From IMG/VR virus record IMGVR_UViG_3300032232_000272: DNA of 20,000 nt, one strand, 5' to 3'. The DNA is from an uncultured virus (IMG/VR IMGVR_UViG_3300032232_000272) (taxonomy: Duplodnaviria; Heunggongvirae; Uroviricota; Caudoviricetes). The position numbers and the translations under genes were made by a program. Below, in pieces: positions 6,554-16,432 of the stretch (position 1 is the stretch's first letter; the number at the start of each line of letters is the position of its first letter). The notes under the pieces are model-generated. The model saw only the letters and a list, made by a program, of their open reading frames with translations, was not told the origin of the DNA and did no database searches.

Positions 6554-7479
6554 TGAATTACGTCCAGCTATACCAAGCCGTTCAGGATTATGCGGAATCT
6601 ACAGAGCAACTCTTTGTAGATAATATTTCCACCTTTGTCCGTCAGGCAGAGGAAAGGGTATATAACACCGTACAAATCCCGTCGTTACGTAAAAACGTAA
6701 CTGGTACGCTGACGTCTAGCAATAAATATTTAAGCTGTCCAAATGACTATCTGTCTACGTTTTCAATGGCGGTTATTGAAGGTTATGGCACAGCTAACGA
6801 AACCTATACGTATTTACTCAATAAAGACGTTAACTTTATTCGTGAATCCTACCCAAACCCCACGGATACTGGTCTGCCTAAATACTATGCGCTCTTTGGT
6901 TCTCAGTACTCTAACTCCAACGAACTGTCTTTTATATTAGGCCCAACTCCAAATAGCAACTATACAGCTGAATTGCACTATTATTACTACCCAATTTCAA
7001 TTGTTCAGGGCGCCATTTCTGGTGGCACTGTTACGGGCGGTTCTAGCTATGTAAACGGGATTTACAGTAATGTACCGTTATCTGGTGGTCAAGGCTCTGG
7101 GGCAGTAGCAAATATTGTGGTAAGTGGCAATGCTGTAACCAGTGTAACCATTAAGAACCAAGGTAATTTCTATGCCGCTGGAGATGTTTTAACGGCGGCT
7201 TCTTCTTATATTGGGGGCTCTGGTACGGGCTTTTTATACACAGTTACCTCTGTGGATAACGCTGCTGGCACATCTTGGCTTGGTGATAACTATGATCCAT
7301 GCTTGCTATATGGCACATTGCGTGAAGCCGTTATATTCCAAAAAGGTGAGCAAGATATGGTCGCTTACTACGAGAAGCAATTCCAAGAGGCTATGGGTCA
7401 ATTGAATCGCCTTGGCACAGGTCTTGAGCGTGGTGATGCATATCGCGATGGTCAGGCTAAGATTAAGGTTAATCCATGA
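6553..7479 (+). CDS. Second adaptor-like (neck/tail) protein with inserted beta domain
   Basis: 308 aa: '[13 protein letters not shown]...FVRQAEERV', 'GLPKYYA', 'LGPTP...ELHYYYYP', 'WLGDN...LLYGTLREA'. Confidence 0.65.
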   Translation: MNYVQLYQAVQDYAESTEQLFVDNISTFVRQAEERVYNTVQIPSLRKNVTGTLTSSNKYLSCPNDYLSTFSMAVIEGYGTANETYTYLLNKDVNFIRESYPNPTDTGLPKYYALFGSQYSNSNELSFILGPTPNSNYTAELHYYYYPISIVQGAISGGTVTGGSSYVNGIYSNVPLSGGQGSGAVANIVVSGNAVTSVTIKNQGNFYAAGDVLTAASSYIGGSGTGFLYTVTSVDNAAGTSWLGDNYDPCLLYGTLREAVIFQKGEQDMVAYYEKQFQEAMGQLNRLGTGLERGDAYRDGQAKIKVNP

Positions 7480-7886
7480 TTACCCAAACCGCATGCACCG
7501 TATTTAAAGTCAATCTTTTGAATGGCGCTGAGAACTTTACAACCGGCACCTATAAGATGGCTCTGTATACTGCATTGGCAGATATAAATGCTGGTACTTT
7601 GGCATATACAACCAGCAACGAGATTAGCGGAACTGGCTATACCCCAGGGGGCAAAACCTTAACAAATATCGTACCCACATCTAGTAATAATGTGGCGTAT
7701 ATCTCATTCGATACATTAATTTGGAACCCAGCATCCTTTACTGCAAGAGGGGCGTTAATTTATAATAATGCAACAAGTGCGGCAGTTGCGGTACTAGACT
7801 TTGGATCGGATAAAACAGCTACAAATACATTCACCGTAACATTCCCAGCAGCTACATCTAGTAGCGCTGTTATTAGATTGGCTTAA
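7476..7886 (+). CDS. Small virion structural protein (tail/fibre-associated)
   Basis: 136 aa: 'YKMALYT...[14 protein letters not shown]...ARGALIYN...VLDFGSDKT...FTVTFP'. Confidence 0.65.
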   Translation: MITQTACTVFKVNLLNGAENFTTGTYKMALYTALADINAGTLAYTTSNEISGTGYTPGGKTLTNIVPTSSNNVAYISFDTLIWNPASFTARGALIYNNATSAAVAVLDFGSDKTATNTFTVTFPAATSSSAVIRLA

Positions 7887-7896
7887 AGGAGCAATT

Positions 7897-8502
7897 ATGC
7901 AAAAAGAACTATCAAATTTTGGCGACCATGCTGTAGCTACCCTACAAGCAAACGCCGCTGGTAACGAGACTGTTGGTATGGAAGGTGTATACCATGTTGT
8001 CTGCCGTGACAAAGACGGTAACGTTAAATGGGAAGAGCAACTCCCTAATCTAGTCAATGCCGTAGGCAAACAGCTTATGCTGGACACTTTGTTAAAAGGC
8101 TCTTCATACACCGTTGTTGGCCCATTCTTAGGCTTGATTTCTGGTGCTAGCCCAACCTTTGTAGCGTCTGACACAATGACCTCGCATAGTGGCTGGACTG
8201 AGTTTACTAATTACACCGTTGGTGGTTCGGCTGTTCGTGGAACCGCTGTATTTGCTTCGGCAACCTCGACTGGTACAACACCATCTAACGTAACGACTTC
8301 TGCTGCTGCGGCGATTACTTATACGATTACAGGCGCAGGCGGCACGGTTGGTGGATGTTTCTTGGTTACTGGATCCGGTGCTTCTTCGACACAAGGCAAT
8401 ACGTCTGGTACTTTATATAGCGCTGGTGCATTTACGACCGCTAAAATTACAACCGCTGGTGATACTGTTTCTGTAACTTATAGTACTACCGCTACAAGTT
8501 AA
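7897..8502 (+). CDS. Virion structural protein
   Basis: 201 aa with an AAGGAG RBS, 'KWEEQLPNLVNAVG' and a T/G/S/A-rich C-terminus 'GTLYSAG...GDTVSVTY'. Confidence 0.65.
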   Translation: MQKELSNFGDHAVATLQANAAGNETVGMEGVYHVVCRDKDGNVKWEEQLPNLVNAVGKQLMLDTLLKGSSYTVVGPFLGLISGASPTFVASDTMTSHSGWTEFTNYTVGGSAVRGTAVFASATSTGTTPSNVTTSAAAAITYTITGAGGTVGGCFLVTGSGASSTQGNTSGTLYSAGAFTTAKITTAGDTVSVTYSTTATS

Positions 8503-8512
8503 GGGGGCATAA

Positions 8513-10786
8513 ATGCCTTTGGTTTTAGCAGATCGGGTTCAAGAGACTTCGACTAGTACAGGCACAGGTTCGTTCACACTCGCAGGAGCTGTAACGGGCT
8601 ATCAATCCTTTGCTGTCATTGGTAACGGCAATACAACTTACTACACCATTGCCGATCAAGGCGGAGCAAACTGGGAAGTAGGTATTGGTACCTATAGCAC
8701 TACTGGGCCAACTCTTGCTCGTACTACTGTTTTATCGTCTAGCAATAGTGGTAATCTAGTTAACTTTACTGCGGGCACTAAAACCGTATTTGTTACTTAT
8801 CCGTCTTCGCAATCTGTATATGAAGATGCCTCTGGTAACGTATCACCACTAGGCACTATTGCTTCTGGTGTATGGCAGGGTTCTACGATTGGCGTAGCTT
8901 ACGGGGGTACAGGCGTAACAGCTTCTTCTGGCGCTAATTCGGTAGTTTTAAGGGATGCTAGTCAAAACATAACGGTTAACCGGGTTAATCAAGCTAATAC
9001 AACTACTACAGCCGCTGGTGGAACCACCGCACTAACAGCCGCTTCAAGCTATATCCAGACTCTTGTGGGTACTGGAGGGCAGACATACACACTACCTGAT
9101 GCCACTACCGTAACTACCGGGGTAGCGTTTGTATTTAACAATCTTGCTACAGGCACTCTGACAGTCCAAAATTACGCTGCTGCAACAGTCGGCACTATTG
9201 CCTCTGGTGGAGCTGGAGCAGTATTTTTAACGAATAATGCCACTACTGGCGGTACATGGGATTTGCATGCCTATCTTCCTGAAGGCGTGACTTTTGGCAC
9301 CAATTCATTTAATCTTGGATCCGCTGTTATTTCGGGTGGCACTTGGCAAGGTGGTACAGTCCAACCTGCTTATGGTGGTACGGGGCTAACGACTTTTACT
9401 GGCGCTAATAATGCGCTCTACTCAACAGGATCTACTACATTAACTGCTGGTACTTTGCCTGTAGCCGCTGGTGGTACTGGGGTTACAACTTCTACTGGTA
9501 CCGGCTCTGTTGTATTAAGCAACTCGCCAACTCTAGTTACTCCAGCTTTAGGCACACCCTCTTCGGCTACTTTAACCAATGCTACTGGTCTGCCAATTTC
9601 TACTGGCGTGTCTGGTTTAGGTTCTGGCGTTGCTACATTTTTAGGCACACCAAGCTCTGCTAATTTAGCCGCTGCAGTAACGGATGAGACAGGCTCTGGA
9701 TCTCTAGTATTTGCAACTAGCCCAACCCTTGTAACGCCAGCATTGGGAACCCCGTCTTCAGCAACACTTACTAACGCTACTGGCTTACCACTTTCTACTG
9801 GTGTAACAGGCACATTACCAATCGGCAACGGCGGTACAGGGCAAACCACAGCGGGTGCAGCGTTTAATGCGCTAAGTCCAATTACTACTACGGGCGACTT
9901 AATTGTCGGTAACGGCACAAATAGTGCAACTCGCCTTGGTATTGGCTCAACAGGTCAAGTATTAACAGTTAGTGGTGGAACAACTGTATGGTCAACACCA
10001 TCATCGGGCGCTGGTACGATTACACGCACGGACTTTACGGCAACGGCTGGGCAGACTGTATTTAGCGTTGCTTACTCGGTTGGCTTAATTGATGTTTATC
10101 GCAACGGTGTTAAATTAGCTACAGCAGACTTTACTGCTACTAACGGCACATCATTTACATTAGCTACCGCTGCCAACGCTGGCGATATAGTCCAAGCAGA
10201 AGTATTTAGTTCGCTCAATCTGTACAGCAGCATGACGGCTGATACCTTTAGTGGTAACGGTTCACAAACAGCCTTTACGATGTCGGTGTCTCCAGCTAGC
10301 GCCGCATCTGTTTTAGTGGTTGTTTCTGGTGTTACTCAAGAGCCATCAACATACACGGTAGCTAGTACAACTTTAACGTTCTCCGCCGCACCCCCATCGG
10401 GAACTAATAACATTTCTGTTCGATATTTGGGCGTACCATCGGCTACAACAGTGGCATCATTTAGTGGTGGCACAACAGGCTTAACACCAGCGACAGCTAC
10501 TACAGGTGCTGTTACCCTTGCGGGCGTATTAAACGTAGCAAACGGCGGTACTGGTCAGTCTTCTCCCGGTGCGTCAGGCAACGTCTTAACATCAGACGGC
10601 ACAAACTGGGTATCAAGCCCCTCATCTGGCGCTGTTGCTAACGGCACGATGTACGAGAACAGTTTAGTTATTAGTTCAAATTACACTTTGACTGCTGGTA
10701 AAAACGCATTTAGCGTTGGGCCTATCACGATCAATTCGGGCGTGTCGGTTACGGTGCCATCAGGTCAACGCTGGGTAGTAATGTAA
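8513..10786 (+). CDS. Long tail fibre / fibre scaffold protein
   Basis: 757 aa, T/G/S/A-rich. N-terminal '[15 protein letters not shown]...WEVGIGTY' module, repeated '[LI]xVAxGGTG' motifs, two small beta domains and a C-terminal '[21 protein letters not shown]' module. Confidence 0.8.
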   Translation: MPLVLADRVQETSTSTGTGSFTLAGAVTGYQSFAVIGNGNTTYYTIADQGGANWEVGIGTYSTTGPTLARTTVLSSSNSGNLVNFTAGTKTVFVTYPSSQSVYEDASGNVSPLGTIASGVWQGSTIGVAYGGTGVTASSGANSVVLRDASQNITVNRVNQANTTTTAAGGTTALTAASSYIQTLVGTGGQTYTLPDATTVTTGVAFVFNNLATGTLTVQNYAAATVGTIASGGAGAVFLTNNATTGGTWDLHAYLPEGVTFGTNSFNLGSAVISGGTWQGGTVQPAYGGTGLTTFTGANNALYSTGSTTLTAGTLPVAAGGTGVTTSTGTGSVVLSNSPTLVTPALGTPSSATLTNATGLPISTGVSGLGSGVATFLGTPSSANLAAAVTDETGSGSLVFATSPTLVTPALGTPSSATLTNATGLPLSTGVTGTLPIGNGGTGQTTAGAAFNALSPITTTGDLIVGNGTNSATRLGIGSTGQVLTVSGGTTVWSTPSSGAGTITRTDFTATAGQTVFSVAYSVGLIDVYRNGVKLATADFTATNGTSFTLATAANAGDIVQAEVFSSLNLYSSMTADTFSGNGSQTAFTMSVSPASAASVLVVVSGVTQEPSTYTVASTTLTFSAAPPSGTNNISVRYLGVPSATTVASFSGGTTGLTPATATTGAVTLAGVLNVANGGTGQSSPGASGNVLTSDGTNWVSSPSSGAVANGTMYENSLVISSNYTLTAGKNAFSVGPITINSGVSVTVPSGQRWVVM
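9497..9811 (+). repeat. Diverged internal duplication (~40 aa, 195 nt offset) in fibre gene
   Basis: [40 protein letters not shown] (9497-9616) vs [40 protein letters not shown] (9692-9811). Confidence 0.9.
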
Positions 10787-10795
10787 AGGAAAGAT

Positions 10796-11368
10796 ATGTC
10801 AATTGTACTTGTCGGATCAACTAGTGGAAGCGTTACATTACAAGAACCAGCCATTGCTGGCTCTACTGTATTAACTTTGCCAGCAGTAACAGGAACAGTT
10901 CTTACAACCACATCGCCTAAAGCTGGTAATGTGATTCAAGTAGTAACTGCTGAATATTCAACACAAGTTAGTATATCGAACACTACAACTTGGACTGATT
11001 CAGGTTTATCTGCTTCTATTACTCCTTCAAGTTCTTCTAGCAAAATATTAGTCATTATTTCTCAAGCTACACAAGTAGAAAGAGCATCTACATCGCCAAC
11101 ACTAGGCAATGTTCGTTTATTGCGTGGTGCTACAAGTATTTGGTCTAATACAGATTTTGTAGGTGGAATTGCCGCTACTGGAGCATTTAGCGTAGCAAAT
11201 TGGAAAATTACTGGCTCTATTGTTTATTTGGATAGTCCAGCAACAACCTCATCTACAACTTACAAAACACAGGGCAGACCAAATTCTGCGGAAGCGAGCT
11301 ACTCAGTTAATTTTCAAAATGCAGGAACAAATACCTCGACAATTACTTTGTTGGAGATAGCGGTATGA
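10796..11368 (+). CDS. Fibre tip / adhesin-like protein
   Basis: 190 aa: 'GNVIQVV...SASITPSSSSSKILV...YLDSPATTSSTTYKTQ...TITLLEIA'. Confidence 0.65.
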   Translation: MSIVLVGSTSGSVTLQEPAIAGSTVLTLPAVTGTVLTTTSPKAGNVIQVVTAEYSTQVSISNTTTWTDSGLSASITPSSSSSKILVIISQATQVERASTSPTLGNVRLLRGATSIWSNTDFVGGIAATGAFSVANWKITGSIVYLDSPATTSSTTYKTQGRPNSAEASYSVNFQNAGTNTSTITLLEIAV

Positions 11369-11634
11369 ACCACAATGTTATATTTAAATTAAATCCTAGC
11401 GTTACAGTAATTCGTGGCGATGTCGCCTACGATGCCGATGGCAACGAAGTCGCATACGATAAAGACGCAGTACAGGCTTATGTAGATGCTCATGCTTATA
11501 TTGCTAAAAGAGCCGCAGAATACCCACCCATCACCGATTACATTGATGGTGTAGTAAAGGGTGACCAAGCACAGATTGATAAATACATTGCTGACTGCTT
11601 GGCGGTCAAAGCCCGTCATCCTAAAGGAGCATAA
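11365..11634 (+). CDS. Small fibre-associated (chaperone-like) protein
   Basis: 89 aa, ATGA-coupled, with 'YIAKRAAEYPPI...VKARHPK'. Confidence 0.6.
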   Translation: MNHNVIFKLNPSVTVIRGDVAYDADGNEVAYDKDAVQAYVDAHAYIAKRAAEYPPITDYIDGVVKGDQAQIDKYIADCLAVKARHPKGA

Positions 11635-11636
11635 CA

Positions 11637-12560
11637 ATGGCATCAATTATTAACGCCACAACTACAAACGGATTATCAACAAGTGCTGATAATTCAGGCT
11701 CATTGCAACTTGCTACTAATAATGGTACTACTGCCGTAACGATTAACACCAGCCAACAGGTGGGTATTGGTAAAGTTCCTAGTACTGGTAGAACATTAGA
11801 AATTGCTACTGCAACAGATTATACAAACATTGTTTTACAAAACACTTCAACTGGCTCAGGATCAACAGACGGATTCCTTTTAGAAGCTGGCGGTTCAGAT
11901 GCCCTAGTTGTTAATTATGAAGTAGGTAATATGCGGTTTTTTACAAGTGCCACAGAACGGATGCGTATTGACTCTAGTGGTAATTTGTTGGTTGGTGCAA
12001 CTGGTCAAATTAGCAGCGAAAAACTTGGAGTAACACAATCGGCAAATAGTCAAGCAATAACAATTAGTGCTACTAATGCTTCATATACAGCCGATGCTTT
12101 TATTGTGTACGCTTCTAGAAATACTACAAATAATTCATTTTATGTTTTTAATTATTTTAATACAGGTGCGAGTGCTTATAAATTTAGGGTTGCTGATTCA
12201 GGAAATGTAACAAACACCAACGGTTCTTACGGCACTATTTCGGATGCAAAACTAAAAGAAAATATTGTTGATTCAACACCTAAATTAGATAAAGTTAATC
12301 AATTAAAAGTTCGTAATTATAATTTTATTGGTGATGAATTAAAACAAATTGGCTTTGTTGCTCAAGAGTTTGAACAAGTCTTTCCATCAATGGTAGAAGA
12401 ATCTGCCGACAAAGATGTAGATGGAAACGACTTAGGAACAACCACAAAGACAATTAAAACTACTGTTCTTATTCCAATTCTTGTAAAAGCTATCCAAGAA
12501 CTAAACGCTAAAGTAGAAGCACAAGCAGTCCGCATCGCTGAATTAGAAGGAGCAAAATAA
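11637..12560 (+). CDS. Fibre/spike protein with C-terminal intramolecular chaperone (peptidase S74) domain
   Basis: 'TISDAKLKENI' (S-D-x-x-x-K autocleavage motif), 'IGFVAQEFEQVFP' and 'ILVKAIQEL' plus a coiled coil. Shaft motif 'ERMRIDSSGNLLVG'. Confidence 0.88.
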   Translation: MASIINATTTNGLSTSADNSGSLQLATNNGTTAVTINTSQQVGIGKVPSTGRTLEIATATDYTNIVLQNTSTGSGSTDGFLLEAGGSDALVVNYEVGNMRFFTSATERMRIDSSGNLLVGATGQISSEKLGVTQSANSQAITISATNASYTADAFIVYASRNTTNNSFYVFNYFNTGASAYKFRVADSGNVTNTNGSYGTISDAKLKENIVDSTPKLDKVNQLKVRNYNFIGDELKQIGFVAQEFEQVFPSMVEESADKDVDGNDLGTTTKTIKTTVLIPILVKAIQELNAKVEAQAVRIAELEGAK

Positions 12561-13552
12561 TGCCTATTACCTTAGACGGCACAAACGGAATAACAACTCC
12601 CATGTACAACGGGAGTATTGCTGCTAATGCGGTAACTCCTGTAACTGGATTTAAAAATAGAATAATTAATGGCGGGATGACTTTCGACCAGCGTAATGCT
12701 GGTGCTAGTGTTACTGCTACTGGAAGCCCATTTTCTGTGGATAGGTGGCAAGCTATTGTTTCTCAGGCTTCAAAATTTACTATTCAGCAAAATGCTGGTT
12801 CTATAACACCGCCTGCTGGTTTTACAAATTATGTTGGCGTTACTTCAAGTTCTGCATATTCTGTATTAACTAACGATTATTTTATTTTAAATCAAACAGT
12901 CGAAGGTTTTAATATTGCTGACTTGGGTTGGGGAACTGCTAACGCTAAAACAATTACCATTTCATTTTGGGTGCGTTCTTCATTAACAGGCACATTTGGT
13001 TTGGCATTAAGCAATCAAGATTGGAATTACTCTTATCCAGCCAGTTACACCATTTCTGTTGCAAACACTTGGGAATACAAAACAGTAACTATTGCTGGTC
13101 CAACTGCTGGAACTTGGAACACTAATAATAATGGTGGTGTAAGGGTGCAGTTTGGTCTTGGCGTAGGTTCAACATATAACGGAACTGCTGGGTCTTGGGC
13201 AGCCGCACAATATCTTGGAACTACAGGAGCAACATCTGTAGTCGGCACAAACGGAGCAACTTTCTACATTACTGGAGTTCAGCTAGAGGTAGGCTCTACA
13301 GCTACTAGCTTTGATTACAGACCTATAACTACTGAATTGGCTTTGTGTCAGAGGTACTACACACAATCAACTGCTACATATACTGTTCTTAACACAGATA
13401 ATACTTTTGTTGTTTTTAAAACAACCATGAGGGCTACACCAACAGTTACAGCATCTGCTGGCACAATCTCAGGCGGTTCTTATACAGGTGTTGATTATTT
13501 TAGAATTACAGGAAATACAGATTTTACTTGGACAGCATCTGCGGAGCTATAA
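12560..13552 (+). CDS. Fibre/adhesin with carbohydrate-binding-like beta sandwich
   Basis: 330 aa: 'FKNRIINGGM..DQR...DRW', 'TISFWVRS', 'VQLEVGSTATSFDYR...ELALCQRYY...MRATPT'. Confidence 0.75.
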   Translation: MPITLDGTNGITTPMYNGSIAANAVTPVTGFKNRIINGGMTFDQRNAGASVTATGSPFSVDRWQAIVSQASKFTIQQNAGSITPPAGFTNYVGVTSSSAYSVLTNDYFILNQTVEGFNIADLGWGTANAKTITISFWVRSSLTGTFGLALSNQDWNYSYPASYTISVANTWEYKTVTIAGPTAGTWNTNNNGGVRVQFGLGVGSTYNGTAGSWAAAQYLGTTGATSVVGTNGATFYITGVQLEVGSTATSFDYRPITTELALCQRYYTQSTATYTVLNTDNTFVVFKTTMRATPTVTASAGTISGGSYTGVDYFRITGNTDFTWTASAEL

Positions 13553-13726
13553 ATGTATAAACTTATTAATACTAAATATACTAATGGAACATCGGCTGTA
13601 TCGTCCGTAATTCGTTTATTTGATAATGCTTGCATCCCATTCGACCCAGCCAACACCGATTACCAAGCATATTTAAAATGGCTTGAAGAAGGCAATACTC
13701 CATTACCAGCAGAAGGAACTGAATAA
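13553..13726 (+). CDS. 57 aa fibre-associated small protein (not in ORF track)
   Basis: [64 protein letters not shown], abuts the upstream stop and has a TAATG overlap downstream. Confidence 0.85.
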   Translation: MYKLINTKYTNGTSAVSSVIRLFDNACIPFDPANTDYQAYLKWLEEGNTPLPAEGTE

Positions 13727-14832
13727 TGCCATTAACAATCGTACAACCCGGAGTAGGAGGTACAGGGCTATCAACAGGCACACCCCTTTCTTCTACAACT
13801 GCGCCAGCTACCAACCCCGCTACTGGCACTCCATCAGCTAGCACATACCTACGGGGTGACGGCACTTGGGCATCTATTGCGTCTACATCGCCGGGCGGTT
13901 CAAACACTCAGGTTCAATACAACTCAAGTGGGTCTTTTGCTGGGTCTAGTAATTTTGTTTGGGATAATTCAAATACTAGATTGGGTATAGGTATTAGTAG
14001 CCCTGCAGCAGCCATTGATGTTTTGGGTTCTTATTTAAATGGTGGTAGTTCTCGAACAAATACCAATACTAAAACATTTGGATTTAGAGTTCCACATTGT
14101 TTTACAGCAACAAACCCAATGAATGTTATCGGTGGCTTGTCTACTACATCGATAAATAATGTTTACATTGGAGGTAGCGACTCAAATATTGGAGGCACGG
14201 CTGCAACGAATTTACTTTTTTATACTGCTGCAAATAACACTACGGCAGACGGAACATTGCGTATGGCTATAGATTCTGCTGGTAATGTAGGTATTGGTAC
14301 TAGTAGTCCCGGGGTTAAATTAGATGTAAGCGGTGGGGATTTTAGAATCCAGCAGTCTGCTGCTACAGCCAGACAGCGTTTTGTTGCTGGTTCAAATCAA
14401 TGGAACGTAGAGGCATCAAATTCTTCAAATACATGGGGCGTATATGATGCAGCCGCAGGAACTGCAAATATGGTTCTTAGTGGCTCCAATCTTCAATTCA
14501 ACTCAGGATACGGATCTGCTGCTACTGCATACGGCTGCCGTGCATGGGTAAGTTTTGATGGACAAAACACACCATCTATTCGTGGAAGTGGAAATGTGAG
14601 CAGTATTACTGATGATGGAACCGGCAGATTCAGGGTTAATTTTACAAATGCTATGCCTGATGCAAATTATTCAGCAGTTGCCACTGCTCGTGCGCCCGGA
14701 ACTGTTACGGCTTTTACTAACTTATTTGATAATAGTGGGGCATACAGCACAACACAATTTGCTCTTACTTTTTACAGTGCTAGTGATGGTTATATTGACC
14801 CATCTATTTTTAATGCCGTGGTATGCCGTTAG
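13726..14832 (+). CDS. Tail fibre protein
   Basis: 368 aa: 'TYLRGDGTW', 'PGGSNTQVQYN', two 'GIGxSSP' shaft repeats and tip 'RAWVSFDG...GNVSSITDDGTG...MPDANY'. Confidence 0.8.
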   Translation: MPLTIVQPGVGGTGLSTGTPLSSTTAPATNPATGTPSASTYLRGDGTWASIASTSPGGSNTQVQYNSSGSFAGSSNFVWDNSNTRLGIGISSPAAAIDVLGSYLNGGSSRTNTNTKTFGFRVPHCFTATNPMNVIGGLSTTSINNVYIGGSDSNIGGTAATNLLFYTAANNTTADGTLRMAIDSAGNVGIGTSSPGVKLDVSGGDFRIQQSAATARQRFVAGSNQWNVEASNSSNTWGVYDAAAGTANMVLSGSNLQFNSGYGSAATAYGCRAWVSFDGQNTPSIRGSGNVSSITDDGTGRFRVNFTNAMPDANYSAVATARAPGTVTAFTNLFDNSGAYSTTQFALTFYSASDGYIDPSIFNAVVCR

Positions 14833-14841
14833 GAGATATAA

Positions 14842-15039
14842 ATGACCAAAAGAATTATTTATCCAAATGACGAAGGCGGTGTATCTATTTTGATACCGAC
14901 AGAAGAATATCTTGCAGAACATACCATTGAAGAACTAGCCGCTAAAGACGTACCAGAAGGCAAACCTTACAAAATTGTAGACGTCAAAGATATTCCAACA
15001 GACAGAACTTTTCGTGACGCATGGGAGTACACAGAATGA
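14842..15039 (+). CDS. Small fibre-associated protein
   Basis: 65 aa with an AGGAG RBS and 'AAKDVPEGKPYKIVD...PTDRTFRDAW'. Confidence 0.7.
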   Translation: MTKRIIYPNDEGGVSILIPTEEYLAEHTIEELAAKDVPEGKPYKIVDVKDIPTDRTFRDAWEYTE

Positions 15040-15257
15040 TTACGATTAATCTAGACAAAGCAAAAGCTATCACCAAAGACCGTCTACGCAAAGAACGTGC
15101 GCCGTTACTGGCAGCACAAGACGTGCTTTATATGCGAGCTACCGAAGCAAACCAAGATACAACTGAAATCGTAGCTGAGAAACAACGCCTAAGAGATATT
15201 ACTAAACTGGCTGATGAAGCCACCACGCTTGAAGAACTCAAAGACTTAAAGGTATAA
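15036..15257 (+). CDS. Tail fibre assembly chaperone-like protein
   Basis: Likely start is the ATGA overlap at 15036 (GGAG upstream). Helical pattern 'LRKERAPLLAAQDV...KQRLRDIT'. Confidence 0.7.
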   Translation: MITINLDKAKAITKDRLRKERAPLLAAQDVLYMRATEANQDTTEIVAEKQRLRDITKLADEATTLEELKDLKV

Positions 15258-15259
15258 CC

Positions 15260-16015
15260 ATGTCACAAGCAGATAACTTAGCAGCGCTCGGTTCAAACGT
15301 AAACTCATCTGGTGTATTACAGCCAGCTAGTGGGGGTACTGGGGCAACTACAACGGCGGGAGCAGCAAACGCTATTCTCCCAAGCCAAACTGGGAATACT
15401 GGTAAATACTTAACTACAGACGGTACAAATACTTCATGGGGCACTGTTACAAGCAACCCAGGTACTGTAACTTCTGTAGGTGGCACAGGCACAGTCAACG
15501 GCATTACGCTTACTGGTACAGTAACTTCATCAGGTAATTTAACTCTTGGTGGTACTTTATCAGGTGTAAGCCTTACCACTCAAGTAACAGGAACTTTGCC
15601 TGTAGCCAATGGTGGCACAGGAACTTCTAGCCCATCATTAGTAGCGGGTTCAGGAATTAGTATTAGCGGTTCTTTTCCTAATCAAACTATTACTAATACT
15701 TCATCTGCATCAGGAACAGTTACATCTGTAGCAACAGGTAATGGACTTAGTGGTGGAACTATTACTACTTCAGGAACTTTAAGTGTTGCTTGTCCTACAT
15801 TTAATACTGTTGGTAGTTATGCATTTTGTTTAACAGAAGGCGGTTCTGTTAGTAGTGGTTCAAATTATTCACCAACAAAATCTTGGACTATGTATAACGC
15901 AGGTGAAGGTCTTGATGCAGATAATTCAACTAATTTATCAGGAACTTGGAAAGTTATGGGTGCTAGTTCAAGTGCTCGGAGTGTTTATTTTTGGCTTGGT
16001 TGTAGAGTTTCATAG
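15260..16015 (+). CDS. Short fibre protein
   Basis: 251 aa with repeated 'GTVTSV...G..L.G..TxSGxL' units, 'GTLPVANGGTG' and tip 'VGSYAF...SGTWKVMG...CRVS'. Confidence 0.75.
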   Translation: MSQADNLAALGSNVNSSGVLQPASGGTGATTTAGAANAILPSQTGNTGKYLTTDGTNTSWGTVTSNPGTVTSVGGTGTVNGITLTGTVTSSGNLTLGGTLSGVSLTTQVTGTLPVANGGTGTSSPSLVAGSGISISGSFPNQTITNTSSASGTVTSVATGNGLSGGTITTSGTLSVACPTFNTVGSYAFCLTEGGSVSSGSNYSPTKSWTMYNAGEGLDADNSTNLSGTWKVMGASSSARSVYFWLGCRVS

Positions 16016-16023
16016 GAGAATAT

Positions 16024-16272
16024 ATGTTTACACTTGAATATGCTAAAAACCCTATTTACAACAATGAAGAAGGCACAATAATTCTTTTAACAGTTAAGTG
16101 GGAAGAATTTGTAGAAGAAATGCCATTTGGTGCTTGTTCTTATGACTCTGAAGAACATGGTCGTGATTTATTTAATCGTGCAAAAGCAGGTGAGTTTGGT
16201 GAAGTAGCATCTTATGTAGCACCAATTCAACCAACTATTGATTTTGAGCCAACCCCAACAAATGCAAACTGA
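16024..16272 (+). CDS. Small fibre-associated (chaperone-like) protein
   Basis: 82 aa with an AGGAG RBS and 'PF..SYDSEEHGRDLF..AKAGEFGEVA.Y'. Confidence 0.7.
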   Translation: MFTLEYAKNPIYNNEEGTIILLTVKWEEFVEEMPFGACSYDSEEHGRDLFNRAKAGEFGEVASYVAPIQPTIDFEPTPTNAN

Positions 16273-16432
16273 GTATTACAAAGGCAGAATTTACCCAGGC
16301 TCAGTGCCTGAGTTCAAAATGGTGCAAAAAGAGAACGGCGCCATGGTAATGCAAGTGCGTTATCGTAACGACCCGATGGGTTATTGCGGTAAATGGATGG
16401 ACGTACAGACTGAGAAAGAAGTAACTGAGTAA
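16262..16432 (+). CDS. Hypothetical protein
   Basis: Probable ATG at 16262 (in frame with the 16238 ORF). TAATG-coupled to the next gene. Confidence 0.55.
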   Translation: MQTEYYKGRIYPGSVPEFKMVQKENGAMVMQVRYRNDPMGYCGKWMDVQTEKEVTE

